Of a stretch of 64,000 nucleotides of DNA, positions 51,689 through 64,000 are shown piece by piece. Position 1 is the stretch's first letter. Each line of letters begins with the position of its first letter. Location: the NCBI GenBank assembly GCA_051362555.1, contig CM120641.1:39624401-39688400 (forward strand), read 5' to 3'. Position numbers and translations under genes: made by a program. This stretch comes from Lingula anatina. Lineage: Eukaryota > Animalia > Brachiopoda. The notes under the pieces are model-generated. The model was not told the DNA's origin and did no database searches. It saw only the letters and a program-made list of their open reading frames with translations.

Positions 51689-52321
51689 TCACTGGCCCAT
51701 GGTCGCCTTCGTGTGGCCAGTATACCAGACAAGCCAAGCGATAACAGCAGACATTGTCAGTATGACAACAACCAGGGACACAGCACACGACAATTTTCCA
51801 CGCAGTTTTGCTCCCTTAATGTCACCCCGTTTATACGCAGCCACAGAAGACAGCGAGCAACAAATCCCTATAAAACCAAGGGGAATATTCATGAAGATTG
51901 TCACCGCCAATGCCATTGCTAGGTATGTCTGAGGCATATTTTCGTAGAGATTTGGGTTGGAATATATGTCGCCGAAGCACCATGCACAGTTGCAACACTC
52001 GCAACAATCTGACTGTTGGATATCTATCACGCTCCCAGTATCCTTCTCTTTCTCATGAGATTCTAAACTGTTTTCCGAGCGGATGCCTTGTTTTTGTGGC
52101 ATTTTCCCTGCAGCTTGAGTGTTGTCACTTTTGTCTACTTCCTCCTCCAGCAAGCCCTGTTTCTCTGCATGAGCCTCCATGGACGCTGGTCGATGTTCTT
52201 GATAAAATTCACTAGTTGTCCTGTTGACTTTGAAATCAGCGTTTTCTCGGCCTCCGCGCTGATCTCCAATGCTAAGAAAACATTGAAGACTGGGGTCTCT
52301 AGTGCCGTTATTAGATTCCAT
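51689..52321 (-). CDS. CD225/dispanin family membrane protein, 210 aa, single coding exon
   Basis: MPQTYLAMALAVTIFMNIPLGFIGICCSLSSVAAYKRGDIKGAKLRGKLSCAVSLVVVILTMSAVIAWLVWY is a CD225 domain; it is preceded by a low-complexity N-terminus and a CCECCNCAWC cluster. Confidence 0.85.
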   Translation of the reverse strand: MESNNGTRDPSLQCFLSIGDQRGGRENADFKVNRTTSEFYQEHRPASMEAHAEKQGLLEEEVDKSDNTQAAGKMPQKQGIRSENSLESHEKEKDTGSVIDIQQSDCCECCNCAWCFGDIYSNPNLYENMPQTYLAMALAVTIFMNIPLGFIGICCSLSSVAAYKRGDIKGAKLRGKLSCAVSLVVVILTMSAVIAWLVWYTGHTKATMGQ

Positions 52322-53427
52322 TATTATAATCTTGACACTTGGCAGTTCGTAATTTTCAACGATTCCCGTCTTGTCTCTTTATACAAACCACGTTGCATTT
52401 AAAGCATCAACATCTAACGCCCCTTTAGTCGACTGCAAATAAGTAAAACCATAGAGGAAATTTTGAATAGTTTCACTTTTCTGTTGTTGATGGTGTAATG
52501 CCTTCTCTCTCTCCTGCGTCACTAGACGCGGGAGCGCCTGAATGCTGATGACGCTGACAACATGAAAACAAAGCAGGGTCTTGCGCAAAGTCTCTTACAC
52601 AAAGACTACAATTCGAACGCATTTGCTTGTTACTTCAGTTCCAGAGTTCAGGTGCATTTGGCGTCTGAGAATGATTAATTTCGCGTCAAAACTAACCTTA
52701 TAGAGCTTGGAAACTAATCAATTATACCCGATAGAGATATGTAAATTGCCCACATATGAATGGAGTCATTCCCGAGAGACTTTCAAAGCTGAGAAAAGGA
52801 ATATAAGAGACACCGTGGGTTACTGTTTACTTTCAGTGAGTATTTAATTTGACCACCGATAGGTGGGGTTTAAATCAATTTAATTTGCAGTGTTAAGTAC
52901 GCATTACCAATTGTAAATCACAAGTCACCATCGACTTCGTATTGGTAAAAATCTCCACCATGACAATCTATCATGATTCTATTAAATAAATATCTTACTA
53001 AATCTTTGTTTCTAGTCTTCCTAATAATTGTTGTTTTTATTTGGCAAAGAAATATCAATAGCTCAAATAAGTATGTAATTACTTAAGTCGAAATGTTTTG
53101 AGAATGACAAGATCAAGTTATGTAAAAAAGTTATTTTGGCACAAGAATATCCCACTCAAGGTTTTATTCTCATTTGCAAAACAACTGTATCGTATATTGT
53201 ATTTGAAAGAATCGATAGCAGTGTTAAAAGTTCACAAGCGTTGGGTTTCAAGTTTCTCCAGATTTCCCTTGATCGATGAAATACTTGAGGTCAAGTAAAA
53301 AATACTTCAAATCGTGCTCACGTATTATTTCCAAATAATCACTTTATAGACTCGGGAACGCAGATAGAACCTAATTATTCCAGGAAAAACATAATTGGAA
53401 AACTGTCAGCAAAAATTTCTCATGTGA

Positions 53428-53463
<36 letters not shown>

Positions 53464-54267
53464 ACAGCTATGTCTACAAGTTGTGTGTGGGATATGTTTT
53501 GCGCATCAATTATTCCAGCAATAGTCAATTCAGCGGAAAAAAACACGTTATGCTTGTCTTCGCACACTATTGATTAGGACAGTAAGAACAAAGTTAGGCT
53601 AATCTCTATTGATCCGCGGTCTTATGCTGGATAGAAACATTATCTTGTGACTATTGAGATAGGTCACGTTCTGCGGTTCTTAAGCTTGCCGGTCACCATA
53701 TCTTTCTAGAAATGATTTTCTAAAGACAAAGAGAAATAATGAACAATAACCATTTCCAGAAGTCAAAACATTTATGATCATATTGCTTGTCCCACTGAAT
53801 GTGCGGTTACTCAACAATATCGTATTGTTTGACGTAAGTATTTTTTAACATTAAAATCTGCATGTTATGATGGTCTGCCCTATCTTTAATTAATTGAATA
53901 CCACTTAAAGCACGGTGTATGGAAGGAATATCATTCATTCTGAATGTAAAATTCTTCACCTTTGAAATTGTGGTATTGATACGTCAAACGCCCATATTAT
54001 ATAGGCCCTATATATTCTTTATTCCTCGTAAAAGCCTATTTTGCTTACCATTAAAGTTCTTAAGTTTAAAGAATAGCCAACATATGTCTTTGGGAAGTCT
54101 GCTGCTAGTTTACGTGTGCCTTTAAATAATTTGTCTAAGTCTAATTTATTGTTCTAGCCAGCCTGCATTTTTTTTATTATTATTAATCCAGAGGAATGCT
54201 ATTTTTACCAGACTGACCAAAATATAACTGAAATATTCAGTTGCATGTCATTTTGTATATTCAAAAA

Positions 54268-54268
54268 A

Positions 54269-54303
<35 letters not shown>

Positions 54304-54315
54304 AATAAAATAAAA
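54268..54315 (+). repeat. (TAAA)n/(TAAAA)n microsatellite
   Basis: Direct reading. Confidence 0.85.
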
Positions 54316-56279
54316 TATTGAAATTTCAAGCAACTGGAAGAACACTGGTTTTGTCTTCAAAATCTTTAGAAACTCGTTGATTGCGTTTGCTCAACTAACG
54401 CAATGTTGGTCGCCAGTTTCCGAAGCAACGATAGAGAACAACGTCGCGTTAGAAAGTTGAAATTGATAAAATTATAATTTTGAGTAAATTTTTTCCATCT
54501 TAGAGCCTAACAATTTTTTACCGGTTGAAGTTAGCCAGCTGATGATTCTACTTGTCACAAGTTTACATTTTTAACTTGTGCACTATTTTAAAATCTCATC
54601 CCATTGATAAAGCTGATGAGTGTCATCTGTTGCTAGTAGACATGTATAGTAGATGCATGTCGGTAGATTGATCATACCTTGTATAAGTTATTGTCTACAT
54701 CAATAAGTTCCTTTGTATCTCCGTAGGCCTATTGTCTATTTATTCTACCCTGGGGATATCATAATTGCTCTTGCCTAGAGAGCATATTATCGATCTTCTT
54801 ACATAATAGGCCTATACATTGTTTTTCTCAATTGCCTGTAATAATGTAGATTTAAAAAACCGACATAAGTAGCTGATAGCTTTTTGGAAAATGCCTTCCA
54901 GATATCAAAATAATGTGGCAATGTGTTGGATGGTAGATCTCATCTGTTGCAATCGTTCAGTGTATGGGGTGGGGGGGCTAGAGGAGAGGCGGTTTTATTG
55001 CATAACTTCATTTATTTTAATGTTCAGTGCCCATCCTAGAAAATGGTCTTAACATTTCAACCATAAATATATATGTTTATGTTTAGGCCACATAACCTCT
55101 GTTGACTTGTGACTTGTTGACTTGTATATTTGGTTTAAACAAATCAAGGAATTAGCCTTAAGTTAGACTTAATTCCATGAAACAAATGCACAGAATAGAC
55201 CACCTAAGAGACGTCAAGAACGCAATATAATACGTGTTGGCATGATATTGGTGCAAGCCTATCTGAACTTTAATTTTTTTTTATTATCTAATGTGTGCAA
55301 CCCCAAACTGCCAGTCAAAACTAAGGCCCAAAAACTGAAACCCTGGATTTATGTGTTATGTAGGCTAATATTTTATGAGTAACTTTTGATTTATTTGAAT
55401 CAAGGTAAACAATGTAAACAAGGTAAACAATGTGTCATCTTGATGCTTAATATCAAGGGGGGGGGGGCTGAACACTTTTTCATAATTGAAAATCTATATA
55501 TGGCATGAATATCCATGTTTTAATTTTCCTAACAATTAATAAAACATTTGAGCTCATGTTCGAAGGATTATAATGGTGTGAAGTGGGGACAGCAAAGATT
55601 AAAATAATAATCTAGAAAAAAAGACGTTTGAATTCATTTTTTAATGTTGAATACTGAAATTGGAACGGACTTTTAAAAAATGACATTTGACATGGAGCAA
55701 AAAGGGACTGCGGGGAAACGTTTTTGGTTCCGTTTCATGTAGCCTAGTGTGCCTTTTACTTTTATTTTTGGCTTCTTTTGTATTTTAGAGTTAGCCTAGA
55801 TTCATGTAAAAGGAGTTGTTAAATATCAGATTCTTACAGGAGTTTTCTTTGACTCTTCTTTGGGATGGGGTGTTTATGTAGGCTACATGTAGGCCCTAAC
55901 AGCGGTAACATGGGCAAATACGAACAGTTCGGTCTTTTTTTTTTTTTGTACCGTTTGAACGTTTTGATTAATACCAAATGGTTGATAACTGCACAAGGAA
56001 CGGCGGGTATTTTTCGTAGTTGAATTCATACACTATCTGTCTGCTATCTACTGCCCGTGCTATCTGTACATATGTGCATGTGTTCTTTTGTCGTTGGGCT
56101 ACGTATGTAGGCCTACGTTACGTGACACCACTCATGAGTTAGGCATACATACATACATGTGTACTATATAATAGTTGAAAGTCGTGATTAATATTACTTT
56201 GGTAATCAACAACACTTGTTTTTATTCATACGGATGGAAGAGTTCGCATGTACTAATATTGTTAACCTGAACGGCATAT

Positions 56280-56460
56280 TCAGGGAAAAGAAACCCTAGT
56301 TTTTCTTTATCCTTTTTATCGAATCATTGACCTGAATGTCATTCTCTGCGGATCACGTGACCTTGTCTACCCGGTCAACTCATTTGCATACCGGAGTTGC
56401 TGTTTGCTTGGGTGCACCACGAAACAACGAATGTTTACAGATGATGTGGTTACCTTTTAG
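56280..56460 (+). promoter_or_regulatory. Putative promoter and non-coding first exon of TET
   Basis: TCACGTGAC E-box near 56354, octamer ATTTGCAT near 56382, strong donor TAG|GTAAGA at 56460/56461; the next clear acceptor TTTCATTTCAG at 58086 precedes the ATG. Confidence 0.4.
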
Positions 56461-58109
56461 GTAAGAAAATAATTTTGAAAAATAGAGTAATGTATGTAGA
56501 TCTTTAAAAGGTGTATTTTAATTTTGAAGAAACGATAAGTATCAGTAAAATGAGCGTAGTATAAGTGTATGTCTGGGTCAAAATGGACGTCGACTATAGT
56601 AGTTTCTGATTAAATGGCCATGTCCATTTAAAGCTGGATGGAGTGCATGTCGGCTCTAGCTCATTATTATGCGTGAGGAAAATCGGTTAGGCAGTGTTCA
56701 AGAAGAAACTTAAATCTCATTTACATTCATGTTGAACACTGCAACATGCTCGCAGATTGTGTTTGGAAACAATGGAAAGTTGACAAAATATATCGACTGG
56801 AGTTAAATGCCTGGTTATGGCAATGCCTTTTTACGCGTTCCTCGGCGCGAACCTAGGGCTTGAATAAACACTAGACCGAACAATTTATACAGAACATATG
56901 CAATACTTCAGGGTCAATATGCAGTAACTGGCTACTTGTTAAAAGTGTGTCCGCCGTGTGCTATACTTTGACGTAGGCAGATAGCCGCGTTTTGATGGTA
57001 GTTTTATAATTTTTTTTGTCACCATGTCGCAATTATTATCTTTCTGTAGGCTGCTTGTGAGTATCACATTATGTTTTATAATAATGTCACAACTCTGTTT
57101 TGATCTCTGATATAATTAACTTTATAAAAATTACCAAATGTTTTCAGGTAAAAGTCTTTGGGATTTGGGATAGTCTGAATGTATGGTATATTTTTATGTT
57201 GCAAATTTATAGTGTTGCATATTGTAAAGATTATTTTTCTTCACATATAAACATGATTTACTCTAAATTTGACTAAAGTTTTCTTCCAAGATTGGTTTAT
57301 TTAAAAGAAGGGAAATCCCCTCTGAACTGTCTAGCTACAGAATTTATTTTTATTTGGTGTGTCAAACTAGAACAGAAGTAACATAAAGACACCAAAAAGA
57401 CAGTGATGTAATATTTAGTAAGATCCGTGTTATTTACTGGCTAAAAGCAATTGAAGAACATCCCATCATGTTGTTTAAGTCCCTGTCACATCGCATTTGG
57501 TGCACTGTCATGCCCGAAGCAGATTCACCTCAGAATAAAGTCTGCGCAAGTTCATGCGGTTTGTAAACATGGATTATGTAGGTCATTCTAAAAATAGACC
57601 ATCCGTTAACTGTATGCATACTCACAGTTGATTGCATGTTTATTCATTATAAGAACAGTGTATTTTATATTGTATCCTAATTTCAAAGAAATATGTATTG
57701 ATAACATATTTCAAATACCACAAATATGTGATGTCATGAATGGTAATGTAATAAAAAAAAAGATGAGATAAATTCTTACAGATGTCGATATACACAAAAA
57801 TCTAACATTTACGATATGAAGGTTGAATGAGAAAATGAAAAAAATTGAAGGATTGTATTTGAAGATGACTGTTTTAATATAATTTACTTTTAGAAAAAAT
57901 AGACATATTGTCTGGACATTTCTTTAACATATTATTCTATATTCATTACGGTCATCAATTCCTATCAATTCCTATATCAAGAGAAGGCATTTGCATATTT
58001 TTGTGTTTTCTAATTTAAATGGTTTTCAATCCGAAAGTGATGTGACAAATATGAGACAAAATAGTTGTACCTTGTTTTCATTTCAGAATGTTTGTAGTGG
58101 GGAACTAAG

Positions 58110-61100
58110 ATGGATTCCAATGCCCATTTAAGGAGTGGGCATAAAACAGAGCCTCCCTGGGACCCACAAGTTCCCCCTTATAACAGCTACCCACAAGTAG
58201 GAACCCCCTGGCCAAGCAACCCACTAACAGACCCCTGGAAGCAAAACAGCACTCCTAAACCTGACCCCTGGAAGCAAAACAGCACCCTTATAACTGATCC
58301 CTGGAGTAGCTCCCAAGCAGACAGCCAATCCTGGGCCAGCAAAAGCAATGAGAACAACCACGGTAACAAAACCGTGGCCCCAAATGTGGACCTCAGGAAT
58401 GTCATGGCACATGTAGCAGAGAGGGATCTTGCTTCCAAAACCTCTCTTCCATCCAGCCAATATTCCTTCAATCATTTATCTGAGCAACTGCGCCAATCTT
58501 CACGACCAGTTCACCAAGTGCCAGGAGAAGCTACGGAAAAATTATGCTCTGATTGTGAAAATTGTCGCCAAGGGGACTCAGATAGATGTGTGAAGCGTCA
58601 TGTAGTCCACTGGAAGAAGGTAATGGTATAAATGCATATGTATGGTGTATGTATGAAAGCGTATTGCGATTATTGATATGAGGTGTACGTAATGTAGAGG
58701 GAAGTTAACCTGATGTCTGCATATTGGTGTGATATAGCACATAATCTAGAGTGAAGTGTATTTCAGACCTAGTTAAGAGGTACTCAGCTGTCAGTTAAAA
58801 GCGGGTGATATTTCTGCGCTGCCTAATGGTATTAAGCCATGTGACTTGGCCTGTGTATAAACATTACGCACACTGATAATATAGGTCAGGCTATTTTTAG
58901 AATAAAACACGTGCGCGTGGTTTGAATGCACTTCTGAGGAGTTGTTGTAATTTCATCGCAAATTGGTATGATTTAAACAAGATAGTCCTGTTGAATTAGG
59001 CAGAAGACCAGAGGCACACTGTCCTGACTGGATTAAGCAAGTAACATACCGTAAATGATAACATCTCATGAAACTGTATTGAGCGAGAAAAATAAGCTGC
59101 AACGAAACATTTTTAAGGAAAAACAATAAAAGATTTTTTTATGATGAGTGCAGGCAGATTTTGATGTTTTGAGGATTTTTATTTTAAATTACAAAGTTGC
59201 TAGTGCATTTAATTTGACCAGATGGCAGTGATGCTAAATTTGATGATTATATGAGGCTTTACAGTAAGACTTGTGTCTTGGACTCTGTAGGTATCTGTCT
59301 GGCATATATTTGACCTTTAATATCCTTGGCTTTACCTGTAGGCTGGGGCTACATGCTACATAGCATGTCAATATTGGTATAGTTTTCCTGTTATTTTACA
59401 CAAGCTGCAGTTCTATATGGATTTTATATTTTCCTCTGCGTCATGCAATCTTGATGCCTTTGTGCTGCAGGTGTTGTTTTAACTTGTAGTATAAGTGCAG
59501 CCACAGAATAAGCAGACCTCAAGTGTGAAAATGCAATTAGTATTCGTATAATGGAATAAATGCAGTGTTTTATAAGAAATTTACAGTTTTGCTTTTCCAT
59601 ATTAATGCTGTTGTTGAATGTCCCATTTAACAAGTAAAAAAGTTACACATGCAGGTAGTATAAGATTTCCTGTATAGCAAAAGGAGGTCCAATCAAATCT
59701 CAGTTCTATAAACTTAATATTTTAATGAAATGACATTCTTAATTGGTTAAGAAAAATCATACCTTTATTGACAGAAGTCATGTCTTGAAACACCAACCAT
59801 CTATGGTAGATATTAGCTTTTAAACTTACATCTACCATAGATATTAGCTTTTAAACTGAATCAGCCCAAACAAAGATTTTTGACATATCTGGTTTTAAAG
59901 GAACATGTCCTCCAGGGTTTATTTGTGGCTCTTTTGCACTTATTGCTCAGTTCCAGTGAGTGGAATATGTTTTTAATCAGTAGAGCACTAAATAGGATTT
60001 ATGTCTGGCACAGTACAAGGTAGACCCTTTCTTTCCTTCCCTTGACGTGTCTGGCTAGGCCCCATGTAAATAGGCCAGTCACTGTCTGAGTCACTTCTGG
60101 GTCATGGGTGCACATGCACATGTACAGGATGCAGTGAAATATTACCTTAGGAGCTAAGATTCAACTCTGGGATAAAAATCAATAAGCAAACACTGTATAA
60201 CCCATATATTGGCTTGGGTATGGAGTTGTATTATAATTACATTTATCATTGTGATAAAGGTAAATCAATAATGCATTCAGGTCATGTATTAAAAGGTCTG
60301 TATGTATTTGCAAAGAATGGTTCCAGCCTTTAGCTGTCTTGTTATCAGTAGGTGTTGTCCTACTTACCTAAGCACTTGTCAAATATCATCAAAGGGACTG
60401 ATATCCAACCAGCTCTTTCTAAGGCTCTTTTTCTTCTAAAATGTTATTCTATACTTATTCCTTTTAAAAAGATTAAAACTACTGAAAGCTGGTATGATAA
60501 TAGTTCTGTTGATACCTAATATTGAATTAAACAGGTGTCTTGATATACATTTACACCTGAAGTCAGGACACCGCTGCTACAAAACCATTCTTACACCTTA
60601 AAATTCCAAGCAGTCCTATTCGTTTTGGTGTTTACTTTGTGACGGAATGAGAAAAGACAGGCTTGATACCAGAGTGCAGTGGTAATCCTCTTAACTCTAC
60701 CTACTATTTGTCTAGGTAGTCTGATATTAATGCTTCCAGGCGATTGTACTGCAATTCAGTGGTACACAAAACTGAGAATGTATTGTTGATGTAGACTGCG
60801 TTTGACCTTGATTGCTATCATACTTCTGTTTGGGTGCCCATTTTCCCTTGCTTGACTCACATAATGTTTTGTACATGAAACTTTTGAGAAGACTGTAATA
60901 CGCTGTATAATATTTCACCATTATATAATGATTAGAGTTCTTGGAAATATTAAGTGTAAAGACAAAAGTACATATGTTTGATACATCTTCATCCTTATAG
61001 GTGAGTTTATTATAGTAATATGATAATATATTTTTTTAAGGTCTAAAATCCATAAAATGTTCAGTAGATTTTGCACTTTAAAAGTTGATTAAAGTTTATA

Positions 61101-63553
61101 AATAAGAATGATTAATATAAATATAAATTGATTTACTGTAAGCTCCATTTAACAATAATTTTGGTTGTAAATACATGTGACTAATGAAAACTGAAGAGAA
61201 ACACCAATTGAGAAAACAATAACTAGTTATTCCATAGTGGCATTCAATTATGTCATTCATCTGTTAAGTGGATTGGTAATTCAGTGCAATGCCTACACAG
61301 TAACACCTACTGAAAATTGGCATTACTAAAGCTAGTTGATCAGCAGGCTGATTAGCAAGTATACTTGTCTGCGTAATAACAAACATGCACAACCAGTTTT
61401 TCATTCATACCAAATACTATATATAAAAACCCTTGAACAGGTAGAGAGCATGTTTCTGTTGCTTTATTTTCTCTATGTATGCAATAAACATTGAGTGCAT
61501 TATTCAGTTTTTAATAAACATAGCTGGTAGAGGTTGTAAAATAGAACATCCCCACTAGATAAATGAAGAATCAGATAATTGAACTATATACTGTTTTATC
61601 TTAATGATGCAAGTTTAAGCTCATGTAAACATTATTAATTTTGATTCAAATTATATTTCAGGCTAGCGAGGAGTTTGTGCCTGGTCAACAGCAACCACCA
61701 GAGAAAAAGGTGTGTGTTCATCATTTTATGTTTTTGTATGCATTGCTGTGAAGACTGTTAACAATGAATTTGATGTTACATATCACAGCTCATGAACATG
61801 TCCATACATTAAAATTGTGTAACCTAGATCAGGTTGATAATTATTTTGTGTAGTAGTAAATGAGAAATGTAATGTATTGACTGAAGTGAATGTATGGGTG
61901 AAGTATTGTACTGACGGATATACATCAATCCTACCTCACAGGTAAGACAAGCACACAAGTGTCCAGAACACCTGCCAGGGATGAATGGACATTCTGTGGA
62001 GCTGACTTCAAGTTTTCCCCTCCAGAGGGCAGAACCCCCTCAGTTACTTTCAGAAATGTGGCCACATTTCATAGCTAAAAATATAGAATTCAAGCTTCAA
62101 CAACAGTTGGGAGATGGAGGTAAAGAGCATATTAAATTACAGTCAGGTTTTCCTACAGGTATACATGAAAACCAAATTGCTATTTTCCCAAGAGACGCTA
62201 ATAGAAACCGTGAACAGCTTCATGAAGCTTTTAAGAATGGAGATGACAAAAACATAAACCATGTAAATTCCTTTTCTCAACATTTACCTGGGAACAAAAA
62301 AGGATGCACTGAAAATCAGAATCTATCAGGGAAAGGTGTCCATTCAAAGGATTTGGTAAGGGAAATTGTTCAGAAAAGAATTGAGTCCAGAACCCCACCT
62401 AGAGCTCAGATGAACAGTGTGTCACCAGTAATAGACAAGGAGGGGGCTCCAAATACTAGTTACATGAACAAAATTGAAGCAACTCCCCCCTGTGTGGTAA
62501 CTGAGGGGGTAAAGGAGGGGACATTCCATCAAGCACAAACGCAGAGAGAAACTCTGTACAACAACTGGATAAATCCTCTGAATAGCTTTCATCCAGGGAC
62601 TCCAAAAGATTCCAGGAACTCATTTACAGGAAACAACGCTGTTCCTGGAATAGATGGATTAAAAGCAAGTATTGAGAATGGACCTGGTCATTTATCTCAG
62701 ATGGCCTCTCTTCCAGGGTTCTCTGGGAGAGAGAACAGCCACCAGGTGGAACCTTTGTCAATCCGAGCCAATCCTGGAGACTCTGCAAACACCAACTTCT
62801 CCGGTAACAGCAAAGATCAATTTATGTCAGATCACATTCAGCCTGCTTCGACATCCACCCCTCACTGTGATACCACCACACAGCAGGCTGACAACACAAA
62901 AGGAAACAATGTTTTAACAACTTCTGGTCCACAGGCACTGTCCTCCTCTGTGCCACCAATGCCAGTCCAGCCCAATGCTTTCATACCGCAGAAAGTGCTC
63001 CAGCCAGCTGATCTGGTCAATGGTGTGCAGGGGTCAGCTGGTGACCAGACTGGACATCTGACCACTGATGCAGTGGCCGATACCCTTGAGGAGCATGACG
63101 AGCTGTTTGAGAGACTGAAACTTAACCAACCTATCAAGGTGCCTGAGTGTGGGTGCCTGGGACCAGAAGGTAGGTTTTACTGTGGTGGAAAACAAAGTTT
63201 TTCTCCTCTAAATGCTTTGAATGTTGATGACTTTTTAGGATGTGTTGAAAGGTCCTTTTTATGGGTTTTCAAGTAGGCACAGTTCCTGTAATATATTTCA
63301 ATACGCTGATTATTACAAATGCAAATTATATAGCAATACCAAAAATAAAGGTAAAAATTTCAACAAAAGCTTACTTCTTTCCTTTTAAGTCTCACAGTAT
63401 TTTGTAAACTGCAACATTTTATGAAGTTTTTAACTTTCTATATGTACCCATGTCTCCACTTGTAGGTGTTAAAGAGAAGGATGAGGGACCATACTACACA
63501 CACCTGGGGGCTGGGTCTACAGTCCAGGCTGTAAGAGAACTGATGGAGAGGAG
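58110..63553 (+). CDS. TET: TET methylcytosine dioxygenase, 5' portion (3'-partial)
   Basis: Exons 58110-58619, 61662-61709, 61942-63169 and 63466-63553 join in frame; ...[39 protein letters not shown] is the hallmark start of the TET Cys-rich domain (cf. EKDEGP(F/Y)YTHLGAG in TET2/3); the first coding exon carries a partial CXXC-like motif. The catalytic DSBH lies beyond the window. Confidence 0.9.
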
Positions 63554-64000
63554 GTAGGTAATAATTGATGGGAGACAGGTAGGCAGTACTCACTTAATGA
63601 GAACAAAAAATCATAGTTATGTCTTTATATGTCATTTCATATGAAAAAAATTGTATCTTTACGGTGCTTACTCTCTGTTTGATGTTTAATTGACATGTCA
63701 ATGTTGTATGAAATATCTTAATGGTTTAAACTCTAAATATATTGTTTCACTGATGGGTCACGTGTTACATGATAATTTTGCCACCAGAATGATATCACTT
63801 TATTGACATGAAGGTTACTTATAACTGGTGGTATATGAATTTGGTTATTTGATACAATTTTCTTTCATATGAATGCTTAAATAAAGAACAAGGGTTTCAA
63901 AATCAAGGTACAGGTAACGAAGTCACCTTTAAATTCATTATGAATCATTTTATAAACCAGGTAGAAATTTCTGCAGGTAATAGTAAAATGCATAGCTTTA

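Noticed and set aside
61940-61947. CAG|GTAAGA at the TET exon start as a recursive splice site
   Set aside because: It reads in frame as Val-Arg, skipping to the next exon would shift the frame, and the flanking intron is short; unsupported without reads.

Overview
AT-rich, intron-rich animal genomic DNA, most plausibly a marine invertebrate bilaterian (the taxon cannot be fixed from sequence alone). Left to right: (1) 55 coding exons (1079-34184, +) of a FRAS1-type basement-membrane protein with six VWC modules, about 11 CSPG repeats, five Calx-beta domains, a TM helix and a C-terminal GTEV PDZ ligand; the 5' end lies upstream of the window and no furin-like repeat block is visible. (2) An intronless 387-aa ORF (38479-39642, +) whose motifs I recognise from an uncharacterised, mainly prokaryotic protein family. 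It has a candidate host-type promoter, 5'UTR intron and CpG depletion, so it is a candidate domesticated horizontal transfer. (3) Two tandem CD225/dispanin genes on the minus strand, one with three coding exons and one with an intronless ORF. (4) The 5' part of a TET dioxygenase gene (58110 to window end, +) that keeps only one zinc site of the CXXC finger. Several non-autonomous DNA transposons have clear TIRs/TSDs, and tandem repeats recur exactly across exon-end/5' splice-site junctions. All exon boundaries were read by hand and need RNA-seq confirmation.
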